64,000 bases of DNA. It comes from Eukaryota sp. TZLM1-RC (lineage: Eukaryota > Protista > Metamonada: BaSk clade). The DNA lies in contig JAUPSS010000006.1 of the NCBI GenBank assembly GCA_040285825.1, positions 930,001-994,000 on the forward strand. The letters are read 5' to 3'. Positions 33,575 through 46,100 of the stretch are shown piece by piece; position 1 is the stretch's first letter, and each line of letters begins with the position of its first letter. A model generated the notes under the pieces. That model made no database searches. It was not told where the DNA came from and saw only the letters and a list, made by a program, of their open reading frames with translations. The translations under genes were made by a program, and so were the position numbers.

Positions 33575-34395
33575 TTTGTTTATTTTTAAACGCAAGCAAA
33601 ACAACTAAACAAAAAACTAAAACTCCATACCCTCAATACACGCATCTACATCATCATACCTCTTCAATGCGCGATTCTCATACTCTATTCCTAATAGCAA
33701 CAGTGATATGGTTATCATTTCGAGAACTGCTTCAGTAATACTAAAAACAATTCCATTGTGCCAGAAATTGAAGTTCAATTCTTTTCCTGCTCTTTCTTTT
33801 ATAAAACTTCTGAAACATTCGAGAAATTTAATTTCAGATAATCCAATGTTACCAAAAAGAGAAACAGTAAATGGAACCAACTGATACTTGACATGCTCAA
33901 CACGTTTTAGCTGAGATAAGGGTTCATTGTACTTTTTGATTTTGCTCTTTTCAGCAAAGCAAAGTGGAGTTTCATCTCTTTTAGCAAAATCAATTGCTGA
34001 GTCTTTACAAACATCAACAGTGACAACATCAACAACTTTAATAACACCATCAGACCCAGGGGTAATTAAATCAGCACGGCGTTTCCCAAAAGTATTTTCA
34101 TCTTCATTTTCAGATGACAACCTTCGCACAAGTGGTTCAACAAAAGCTTCAATGTGATGGCTTTTGCACATAGCGTATAGTTGGTCTCTAACAGCAACAT
34201 GAACAACTCAGCGATATGTATTATTAAATTTGCAATTAAATAAATGATTCAGATTAATGAGCTGACCGCAACGACAAATCAAATCATTTGGCACACTGCA
34301 TTGCCACAGAAAACACCTCATCCTTAGGGCAGTTGTCCTTTGATGATCATTTAATAATAGACCATAGACATTTGGAATCTGGGAAATAAAACAAT
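33575..34395 (-). mobile_element. RLE non-LTR family D, 5'-truncated
   Basis: Motifs CRCG..HLFNC, RRAD..VVDV..AEKSKIKKY and FWHNGIVF. Confidence 0.85.
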
Positions 34396-34914
34396 ATTGA
34401 ATTTTGTAAAATGTATTTCGCATTACTGATAATGAATTTACAAGACCCAAATTTTCCATTCAATATTCTTATACATTTGAATGGCACCAAAAGCATGTCT
34501 ACAACAGCTCTGACACGAATAATACTTGTCTCAGCATGGTTATCATTACCAAAGCATAAATAAGTGTAGTATCAGTCCCTACATCAATTTCATTTTAAAG
34601 CATTAAGCATTGTGCAATTGATTTTTGATCTCAAAAACCAATAATTCCATAGATAATACTACACACAATATCACAAAAAGTACAATTTGCGATCCAAACA
34701 ACACAACTTGTAAATTTAATGATAACAATAATCTTTTAATTTAGCTAATTCAGCAATGTATACATAAGCTAAATGTACCTAATCCACAAAATTTCATTTT
34801 TTTTGTCAAAATTGTAATGTGGGGTATCAAATTTAATAAAATAATACATTATTTCTAAAATACATTGATGTAAAATTTATACAAAAAACACAAAGAAAAT
34901 ACTATACAATTTTA

Positions 34915-35811
34915 TTAAGCATGTGCTAACAGCAAGTCCTCCTTAACAAAATTTCTGCCCAATTGTTTGGAAGAATTGCCAATTAAGAACAACACAACCA
35001 ACCAGGGAAGAATTTCGAATAAATTAGACCAAATTAAAAAGACAATGAAATAATAATGTTGTCTCTCTGGGGTCTTGATCCAAGAATCCAATTGAGATTG
35101 AAATACATTTACCCTAATGAACAACAAAATTGACCAAATAGATCGAATCAACTGCAGAATTCCTAGAGTGTACAGAATTAACTTGAAATGAAAAATTCTT
35201 TTTTTCAAAGCTAAAGGTATCGATAATTGTGAGAGACCATTGAATACCCTGAATCCAGTGGTAGAAATGGTTATGAAAAGCAAAGTGAAGCAGATAATAT
35301 TAAAGCCATCAATTACTTTCAAAGCAAAGCTTTCCCCTCTTCTCAAAGCTAGATCGGCGGAATATACAGAAATCAGAATAGTGGCAAGGAGAGTAAAAGC
35401 TGATATTGGTAGTATAGATCGAGTTGGGTTGACAGAAATAAAGTTGAAGGCGTTTAAAAGAAACAGAACAAAAAGAACTAGCAAGAGGTACTGTAGTACC
35501 AATGGAAGCTCATTGCACACCAAGAAGATACGGAGGTAATCAGGAGGAACTAAGGAGGGGTCTGATATGCGGACAATAAGAGGAAAAGACCTGGCTAGCA
35601 TGAAGAGAAGTCCGCAAGAGACGAATAACACTTTGAGAGATTGAATTGTGTGCTTGAAGACTAATACTAGGCGAGTGATCTTTATCAAAGTAAAGATAGC
35701 AGCTAAAACATACTCGATGAAAACAACCCAGAGAATCCATATATGATGAGCTTCAGGGAAGAAACGTATTGAAGTACATTCTGCCTCAAGAAGAATGGAA
35801 CCATTCTCCAT
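34915..35811 (-). CDS. Multi-pass (about 7 TM) membrane protein, GPR137/THH1-TOM1-like
   Basis: About seven hydrophobic segments, with R-S in TM2 and TM6 and a terminal FEILP motif typical of the family. Confidence 0.65.
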   Translation of the reverse strand: MENGSILLEAECTSIRFFPEAHHIWILWVVFIEYVLAAIFTLIKITRLVLVFKHTIQSLKVLFVSCGLLFMLARSFPLIVRISDPSLVPPDYLRIFLVCNELPLVLQYLLLVLFVLFLLNAFNFISVNPTRSILPISAFTLLATILISVYSADLALRRGESFALKVIDGFNIICFTLLFITISTTGFRVFNGLSQLSIPLALKKRIFHFKLILYTLGILQLIRSIWSILLFIRVNVFQSQLDSWIKTPERQHYYFIVFLIWSNLFEILPWLVVLFLIGNSSKQLGRNFVKEDLLLAHA

Positions 35812-37194
35812 AAGACGTGATAAGCAATGTTAGAAGTGTTTCTAAATCAATGGATTAAAGTGTGGTAATGACTGAATTGTCTAAAGATGAATGAAATCTT
35901 TTGTTTGGCAGGATCTTTATATGTATATCTTCTGTATGAACGAAATGCGTGAATAGGGTTAGTAATAGTGATGCTTGTATGGAGGATATTGAATACTAGA
36001 TAGATTAATAATAATTATTTTATTCAATATTTCAAGGTTGCATTCTTCAAGCCAATACATCAAATACTGATGCGCAATAAAAAATAATATACAGAAAGAA
36101 TCGTGTATTTTCCTTGCTTCTATCACTAAATAATAGAAAAATGTCAAATACACAAAATAGATTCCTCATATTCAATAGATCTGCAATCAACATTATACAA
36201 ACAATAGGTTATTGACGTTATTCAAGAGCTGACCGATAATAGATAAACACTAGAATTTTTTTTTTCAGAAATCCCTTATAAATGAAATATATCAAAATTT
36301 CAATTTGATGAACCCTCATTTACATGTTGTGTTCGTTCATTTTTCGTTTTTTACCTATGATTGGTTTTTTCTCAATCAATTCCTGTATCTTGAAAATCGA
36401 AACAGTTAATCTTTTCACCTTCAGAAACAACACCCAAAAATCAAAGTGATTCAGGAATGAATTTTCTCTATTCATGGAATGCATAAACAAATATTTTACT
36501 GCAAACAAACCCCATATAAAAAATCTAAATAATTAATAAATAAAGAAAAAAATGACATATGGTGTTTCGGACATGATAATATTCATAGTCAGTATGTAGT
36601 AGTATTAATTAAAAATTTCTGGATTTTGCTAAGAAAATGATTATCATTAGAACTTATTAGACAGACGTTTTGTGATCCATACATCAAATGATCAACTCAA
36701 ATATTTATATTGGCAATTGAAACCTACTCATCGAACCATCCACTCATCCATACATATCTCATCAGATATGAATTGCATTTCTTATAGCTGGATGGATCAC
36801 GGATTAATCTCAGTCATACAAAGAAAACCCGATTCTGTTGTGTTGTATGTTCAACATAATTTTGATGTCATTGAAACACAGTTTAAATATCAACAAAAAA
36901 ACCGATAATTTATAAAAGAAATTACTCAAGAAAGAACAGCAACATTTGCATTTGAACAACTGTATAAAGTTCATTATTATATTTATGTATAATAATTCAG
37001 TAATTTTGTCCATCATTCAGTTCAAAAAAATCCGTAAGAACAGCAAATCCATTCATAATTGGATTCTACCCATCGAACGTATTGGGATCATGGTTACATA
37101 TCAATATTGTTGCTGTTGATTTCACAGATTAAGAATCATGATCTTCTTTTTTCTCTCACTGTTTCACAGTGTTCCTGGTGCTGTAAACAGTTTG

Positions 37195-40100
37195 ATGAAC
37201 TTTACTGTAGCTATCGTGGCTACTTTGTTGATTCTTTCCTGTTTTGGCAATCATGTTCAATTGAATACTTCCATGATAGATCTCGACGAGTCTTTTTTGT
37301 GGTCGAACCCGGAGATCTGGTCACCAATGCCTCCTTCCAATTTCTCAGACGTCCTTGTCGAGGGAGAATCAGCCTCCGTCGTTTTGGTTCTAAATCATAA
37401 CATAACAGTCCAATCTCTTCAACTGTCCCACATTACTCTAGTTCTCGATGCAGTGTCGCTGATCATCACCAACGTTTCCGTCTTCGATAATGTCATTCTT
37501 GAATCCACCACTTATCCCCTCTCCACCATTTGTACCCAGAATTTACGTGTCCTTGGAAACTTCGATGTTGTTGGTCTTCAGCTATTGGTCACTGACTTTG
37601 CGCATCTGCTTCATGGGGACCTGTATCTCAACAACTCGCAAATCATCCTCAAAGAGACTGCTGTTCTATCCGTTGATGAAAATGTCGGCTCTGACCACAA
37701 GCTTATGGCCTGGGGAGATGGAAGCAGTGGTAGAACCGGAACAGGGGATTTAAACAATCCTCATCCAATATTACCAGTTCTCACAAATGAAGAGTTTATT
37801 GATGTTTCTGCCGGCTTTAGTCACTCTTTGGGCCTTCGGGCTGATGGTAAAGTGTTTGGTTGGGGCTCAAACACAGCAAATCGTCTTGTTTCTGGTTCAT
37901 CAGAAATTCATTCCCCCACAATCATTGATTCTTTGGATAGTATTGTTCAAATAGCAGCAGGTAATCAATTCAGTCTGGCAAGAGATTCCAGTGGTAATGT
38001 TTATTCTTGGGGCTTGGGCAGTTTCGGTAGACTTGGTCACGGTGACACCAGTGATCAGACCACACCTAAGCGGGTCAATTTAATATCACCAGCTGTGGAT
38101 ATATCTGCTGGTTCAATTGATGCTTTGGCCGTTTTGAATAATGGACAGGTTCAAGCTTGGGGAAGAAATAACGAGGGACAGCTTGGTGATGGAACGAAAA
38201 CTCAACGTAACACACCTATTCTACTCCCAGTTTCTTCGATTCGAAAAGGTAAGGCTTGCAACAGAAATTCCCATTTTATTACTTTTGATGACCATCTTCT
38301 CAGTACAGGACGGAACGTTGAAGGTCAGTTATGTACTGGAGATCCCTTTGAAAGAACAATCCCAACTTATATTCATAATTACGCAAGTTTTTCTGTAGTT
38401 CAAGTTGAGTGCACTGGCTTTTTTTCCATTTTCCTTACATCTAATGGTGATGTTTATAGTTGTGGTCATGTTCTTGGTCGTCGTGGTACCATTCCTCCCC
38501 ACACACCTGGTAAAGTTGATGGCTTGCCCAAAGTGAGCAGAATTTTTGCACTTTCAAATCAACCAATGGCTTTGCTAACGAGTGGAATACTTGTTCAATG
38601 GGATGATTACCAGCATCCTGTGCCTGTCAATGCTGTCAGTGGTCTTACATTAGGAAATATCATTTGTGGCCAGTCGTTTTGTTTTGCTGAAAACTATCAC
38701 AATTTCCCAAGAGTTTCTGGATGTCAAAATTCTTCAATTGAGGTCTTTGGAACAATTCAAAGTACTTCGATTGTTCCGCTATCCTTTGATGTACCCGTAA
38801 TAATCCATTCATCTGGGTCTTCATTGTCCAACAATTCCACTATTCGTTTTGATCAACATATAGGGGTTTATGGAGAAGTCATTTCTCGTGACTCTTCTTT
38901 TCATATTTCGTCAGTATTTGAGTTGCTTGGAGGATTTATATCCTCAGATGACTTGGCAATCACTCCATGGGGGGTTCTTTCTGGTTTTGGTATCATTGAA
39001 TCTAGCATTGATAACTTTGGTGTTATTGAAGTATCAGATGATATAATATTTTCTAATGAATTGGTACTACAGCAGGATTCTGAACTGTTCTTTCTTAATT
39101 CTGATGCCAAGGTTACAGTTTCTTCAGCTTCATTTACTCTTCATCGAGATTCAACTGTGCGATCCAGCAGCCATTTGTCCTTCATAACAACACAAAATTT
39201 TACTTTACTTGGAAATACAATGTTTGAACAAGTCGAACTATCAATTTGCAAAAACGGCCACTTAATTCAAGGAGAGATGAATCTTATTGATTCCCAAATT
39301 ATTATTGAGGAAGTTGCAGTTGTTTCAACCAATCCAGAGTCCAAATATATCTACCAGCTCTTCTCATTTGGTCATGGTGATCGTGGGAAAACAGGAACTG
39401 GTGTAACTGATCAATGGCATGGTCTCCTTCCAGTGCATTCCATTGATCATTTCATCTCTGTTTCTGCTGGAAGACAAAGTACCCTGGCAGTCACTCGGAA
39501 TGGAGAAGTTTATGGTTGGGGACGGTCTGTAACTCTGGGTCATGGCAGCTCGGCTCAATTCGATACGCCAACAAAAGTCCCCAATTTGTCTGGTGTCGTT
39601 AAAGTTTCTCTATATGACAGCCACGCCCTTGCATTAGTCAAAAATGGGGATGTTTATTCATGGGGATTTAACACTGGTGGACGGCTTGGTCATGGTGAAA
39701 ATCTTGATGGTTCATATAATAATGAATTCTTTCCAAGAAGGATTACGGCTTTGTCTTCGGTGAAAGATATATCAACAGGTTCAATTCACAGTCTGGCCTT
39801 GATTCCACATGGATACGTCATGAGTTGGGGGGGTGATTCAAGTCGTCAACTTGGAAGGATTTCCACATCTGGAAGATCAATTCCTAATGCAGTTAACATT
39901 AATGCTGTGAAAAAAATCGTTGGATGTGCAGCTTCTTCCTTGTTTATAAATAACGAAGGCAGGCTATTTGCGACTGGTAATAATGATGATGGGCAACTCT
40001 GTATGGGACACAAAACCCAAATTAATGCTCCAACGTGTATTCTTAACTGTGAATCATATCAAGTCGTTGATGTAAGTTGTTCTCCTGATACCACTGTTTT

Positions 40101-43100
40101 TCTTACTGCTGATGGCAATGTTTTTTCTTGTGGTGGACTGCTTGGCAGATCTACAGACCAAGTTCCTGATCACAGTCCTGGTAAGGTGGAAGGCTTGCCA
40201 TTTGTCAAGAATGTTACTGCAGGAGATAATGTTGCTTATGCCTTGTCAGAGAAAGGAGTTTTGTATCAATGGACTTCAGGTACTTCTGCTGTTATTAGTC
40301 GTGATTCTCGTGGCCTTTCTATTAACAATGTCTATGCTGGTCACTCTTCTATATTTATTACTTTCAAACATGAAACTGTCATGTTTTTAGGAAGCAATTT
40401 GTCATCTTTAAATATTTTTGGAAGTTTTATTAGTGATGCAGAAGTTCAGTTTTCAATCCCTGTAAAGATTGCATCCACGGGATCCATGAAAATAGATAAT
40501 GATATTATTGTTCAATCTTCAATTGAAAATTTGGGAGAAATCAGAACAAACCAATCCATCATCATTCAATCTGGTGGTTTACATTCAGCTAATTATTTGG
40601 AATCACTTCAAATCTTAATTCACAAAGGGAGTTTTTTGAGTGGATCAGACATCATTAATTCATCAGTATTCAACGAAGGGACTTTGAAACTAGCTGGTGA
40701 GTTGAGTGTGATGGGTGATTTAGAACTAAGATCAGAATCACAGATTTCCAACACGGATGATGTCACTGGCACTTTTGCTCTCACTGTTGATGGACTCACA
40801 TCTTTTTTTAGAACAAGTTTAGTCTTTGACCCACAGCATTCTGTTACTGTTCATACTGCGAGTGCGCAAATTCTTGACCATGTAGACTGTAAAAGTGCAA
40901 CGTTATTGATTGGCAACACTTCATCACATTTAGAAGGTACTGTTAGTCTCACTGATTCTCGGTTAGTGATCGATGAGGACGCTGAATGCCTCATAAACGA
41001 CCATTATGATGTTGGCAACACACTTATGGCCTGGGGAGTTGCAAGACATGGAAAATCTGGAACAGGAACAACTAATACTCACCCAATTCGAGCAGTACGT
41101 AATAGTGAAGAGATCATTGAAGTTTTCGGGAGTTTTTATCATTCTGTTGGCCTCGGTACTAATGGAAGAGTTTTTGCATGGGGTTCAAATCAAGCAAATC
41201 GATTAGGAATTATTGGTTCATCACCAATATTAACCCCCACAATTGTTGATAATTTAGAACACATTGTACAAATTTCAGCTGGTGATCGATTCAGTCTAGC
41301 AAGAGATTCAAGTGGTTTCGTTTTCTCATGGGGAATGGGAAGCCGTGGTAGACTTGGTCATGGTAACGCAAATGATAATTCAGTTCCCACCATAATTGAA
41401 GGGCTGCATGATGTTGTTGACATCTCTGCAGGACTAGGTCATAGCTTGGCTCTCACTTTTTCTGGTGAAGTCTATGCATGGGGGCATAATTCTGGTCGTT
41501 TAGGAGATTTAAGTTTGAATGATAGACTATCTCCCGTCCTCATCAGTCTTTATCCCAAAACTCCCCATAAGGTGACTGCGTGCGGGGATCAATCTTTTGT
41601 TATAACTATTGACAATGAGCTATTCACTACAGGTATCAACACACACGGTGAACTCTGCCTTGGTGATTATATTTCCAGAAACACTTTCACACCCATTGCG
41701 GGGTTTACTACTTACAAGGTGGTCCAAGTTAGTTGTCAACGACGCTTCAGTGCTTTCTTAACAAACGAAGGCGAGGTGTATAGCTGTGGAGATGTGGAAA
41801 GAATTGGTCGCACAACAGCAGAAATTCCCCAACATGTTCCTGGAAGAGTTCCCGGGTTGTCTAATATTATGAAGATATCAGCTGGTGTTAATACTGTGCT
41901 AGCTCTGAACATTCATCATGAACTGTACAGTTGGAACCGTTTTATTGGTGCATCATTGGCTCGGGAAACTTTAAACCAGAAGATTGGAATGATTGCAACG
42001 GGTGAAGATACTACCTTTGTTTCGTATTGGTATGACAAACCAAAATTTGCACAAGACGATTCATCATCATTGGAAGTTTTTGGCAACATGAAGTTTGATC
42101 TCAAATCCACCATCAATTTTGATCTTGCTTTGTCAATTGGTTCTGATGGAAGAGTGTCCTCCATATCAAGTGGAATGTTATTCACAAAGTCAATACTAAT
42201 TGCCGGAATACTTACCATGGCGGAGAATCATGATATTTATTTTACCGATTCTGTTGCACTCAAAGGTGGTACTATTGAAGCCGATAATGTCTATTTAAAT
42301 TCTTCTGCTTCCTTTTCTGGTTATGGTAAAATTCATGCAACAGTTCATAATGAAGGAAGACTTGAACCTACAGGTGAATTGAGGTTCTTTAGTGATTTGC
42401 TCTTGGTTGAAAGCGCTGAATTAGTTTTCCGCAACAAAGAGCACAATGAAAACCAAATTAATCTAAATGGAACTGCTTTTCTCAATGGATCCCTTAGAAT
42501 TGATTTCCTACATCAAGATTTAATGGAAGGTGAATCATTTTCACTGTTAATCTTTGACCAGTCCATATCCTCCTTTGACAGAGTCTTTATAAGCTGTGCA
42601 ACTCTTTTTCAATTTTTTGATCAACCAAACTCCATTGATATTTTGGTAAGAAATGCTTCTGATGGTATTTCATATCGCAATTTCTTCATTGCACCAAATG
42701 GCACTAATGACGAATGTTGTGGTACAAAATCCTTCCCTTGCTTATCAGTTGGTAAAGTATTAGAGCGAATGGGAACTAAAGGAGTTATTAATTTGATTGA
42801 AGGGGCTTACAATGAAACGCATTTTGATTACACTTTCAATAATGTAGATTTGACATTTGAGGGAAATTTTACTTCCAATGTCCCTTCAGTTTCGATTTCA
42901 AGTTCATTAGTGCTATCTAATTCGAAAATACAATTGAGAAACATTGCATTGATATTAAATGACACGATTGTTGTAAGAGATTCAGATTTGATTATTGATG
43001 ATTTAGTCATTTTTACTCCGTCAAGTTCTTCCCTTTTTGATAGTGATGGCTCCAGAATTAAAATTTCAAATGTGGACTTTTCCTCTGATTTTACAGAAAT

Positions 43101-46100
43101 TTCTGATTCTCATTTTTTCATTTTAGCTAATTCTTTGTTACTGGTGGAAAAATCCAATTTTACTACCATGTCCGTGTTTACTTCTGCAGTATTCAGTAAT
43201 ATTTCCTTTACCAATATTCAAATGAATGTGGGATGTTTTGAAAAATCAGCTTTGCTCGAACTGGAAAATACTTTCATGGATATGTTCAATTTCGAATTTT
43301 GCTTTGATGTTGACTGCTCCCACTCTGACATTATCCACAATTCACCATTAATTTTTGCCTCTCAGTCTAACATTTTGCTAGACAATGTTCATTCTAGTGA
43401 CTATAACCTTCAAACGATCTATGCAACTGACTCAATTATTGATGTTCACAACTCTGTGTTCTCTAATGCTGTTTCAATAAGTGGTCACTTTGTTTTTTGC
43501 AACACACTGGGAACATTTACTAACGTGATTTTTTCGAATCTGGAAGGCAACATGCTCTCTCTGCAAAAGCAATCAGAATTTCAAGTTGTCAATTTAACTT
43601 TTGTCGATAATAAATCTATTCCTGAACCAATTATTCACTCTAGCTCTAGTGAGTTGTTGTTGGAGTCAATCAACTTTTCAAATTCAGCAAACAGTGTTCT
43701 TTTTGTGGAAAATCATTCAATTTTGTATATGAAAGAGCTAATTCACCCATATTATCTCAATCTTACTCTTGCTAATTCTACAGCCTTTATGTATGCTGGT
43801 GTTGATTGGAGTCTTGGAGTAGTTGAAGTTTTCTCATCAAATGTTTACTTTTACTCAAACTTCAATGTAAAAGTTGAACTATTTTCTGGTCAAATCACTG
43901 TGGAATCAACCTCTCAACTTTCAAGTTTGCAAGTTTCTACTGTCTGTGAACCTTTTATTCCAGGTCAGCATTCACTTTCCAATGATACTTATTGGATGCA
44001 GTTTTGTGAAGGGAATGGGGTATTTGTCCATCCTGGTGGAACAATTCAGAATCTTGATTTAAAATCAGGAATTGTTCATTTGTCCAATAGTTCCAGAATT
44101 GAAACTGTCAATCTTCATTCTTCCGACTCTATCATTTACATTTCAAATTCCACTTTGGCGTATTCGTCTCAACCCACTTTGCATCTTCAATCTGGTTTTC
44201 TTGTTGGTTCAGGTACTCTAGTTTTGGATCATTTTATTTGTCAATGGGATGGTTGTGTGTGTCGACCAGGCGCTCCTCATTGTGATACTGATTGCACCAT
44301 CTTTGGTGAATGTAATCTCTGTGTTGAGGTTCCAATCTGTGGTTGGTCAAGCGATTTTGGTGTTTGTGATTTCGCCGATTCCAATGGAAATCCATTGAAT
44401 TTAAAGTATTTTGATTGGTATTTTGATAGTTGCCAAGAGTGTCAGTTGATTAATGACTCGGTTATAGATCATTCTATTATTCAAAAATTTCATTTCCCTA
44501 CTGAAAATTTAATTGAATTTCAAGTAACCGTTCCATATGTTAGGTCTTCCTTTTGGACTCTGGACTTTAGGCGTTTTCTGTCTATTGATTCACTTTCTTC
44601 GTGTTCAAATGGAGGTGATGGATTGAAGAACATTACAAATCTGCAAAACTTACGAAGTGCTCCACATTCCAACTTGACTACCACCTTCAACAATCAACTT
44701 CATCTTGCTTACTATGATGCAAGTATTTGGTCGCAGCATTCACCATCTTGTGAGTTGGTTTCCTATCGGTTGATATTGGCAAAGAGTATGCTAAAGTCAT
44801 GTTCAGCCATAAATGAAAGTACTGTCAAAGTATACGACAATACCCCCATTGTTGAGGATTCTGTTACCATTTTTGTTAATTTGCACAAAAATTCCTTAAA
44901 TCCAAATGAGTCGACTGAACTAAGTCGTTCAATTTTCTTTACGTATTTAGCATGGATTCAAGGTATTTCTGTGGTACCAATTTCTCAACAAGCCTCTTTC
45001 GATTCTTATGGACATTCTGATGTTTTGAAAAATATCAATGTCTACTTTGATAGTGTTTATAATCATCACATGCTAAAGATTGAATTCGATAGCACACTTC
45101 ACTTCACAAGCGCTGCTTCAAACTCAACTTTCATATCAGATTTATCCTTGTCAAATTCCAATGACTCAACCCTTTTGTCTGGTAGATTTTCCATGGAATT
45201 GTTTGAAACTCTACCTGTCTTATTTGAGTTAATCTCTGCAGACGATTATCAAGTGTCTTTCTTACTTGCATTAATATCAACTGAGACATCACAACAAGGC
45301 AAACTGCCCTGCATGATCACTACCCCCACTTCATTTGAAGTTGTTCAAGATTTCTCTTCTCTTGATCAACTCGTGAACTATCACAATCCTGGTCCCTATT
45401 TCCCTGGGGACAATATCTTCCTCGTTATGGTTTTAACTGAAACTGAAGTCAATGCCAGTTTATCTCAAATATATTTATGTCCAGTGGAAACATCCAATGG
45501 AGAGATTTTTGAAGATAGTTCTCTGTGTTTCTTCTTGAATTTCAACAACATTGCTTCAACTAATCTATCCATTAATAATATTTTATATACCGTGCTTGAT
45601 GCAGAAGTTGCGGCTCCTGATGTCAGTCAGCGACAGCTGTTTAACCTTCATTTTGTTGCAGAAACTCAGTCACAGTCTTTTGATGGGTCTAAGCTTGTGA
45701 TTATTGAACCATTAGTTGATCCGATTAAACCTGCGGAGCCTGAAGATCCTATAGAACCAGAAGAACCTCCTGACCATGATGAACCAACTGACCCTACTGA
45801 TCTTACTGATACTGTTCCTCATCGCTTGATCACTGTGTTGTTTATCGTTGTTGTGGTTCTGACAGTTATTACTTTAGTTGTCATTGGATGTTTAATTAAG
45901 GTATGGAAAATTTTGCGAAATTTACGTAATCAATCCACTAATCCAGGACCCTTCCAGATGGAATCGCTTATCTCTGGCCCTTCAAACAAGCTTCCCAATC
46001 TTACCACATTCAATAATGTAACTTCCTTGCGAGATGCACTATCAGCTCCTGCCAGTAATCTAGGTAAGGAGCAACATGCTGAAAGAGTCATTAATGTAAC

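Noticed and set aside
32799-33599. 266-aa ORF as a real gene
   Set aside because: Chance read-through from flank sequence across the TSD into a truncated family B copy.
33560-34410. TSD around the family D copy
   Set aside because: Only a degenerate AT-rich match (tgaaattttgaa versus tgaattttgtaa); not reliable.
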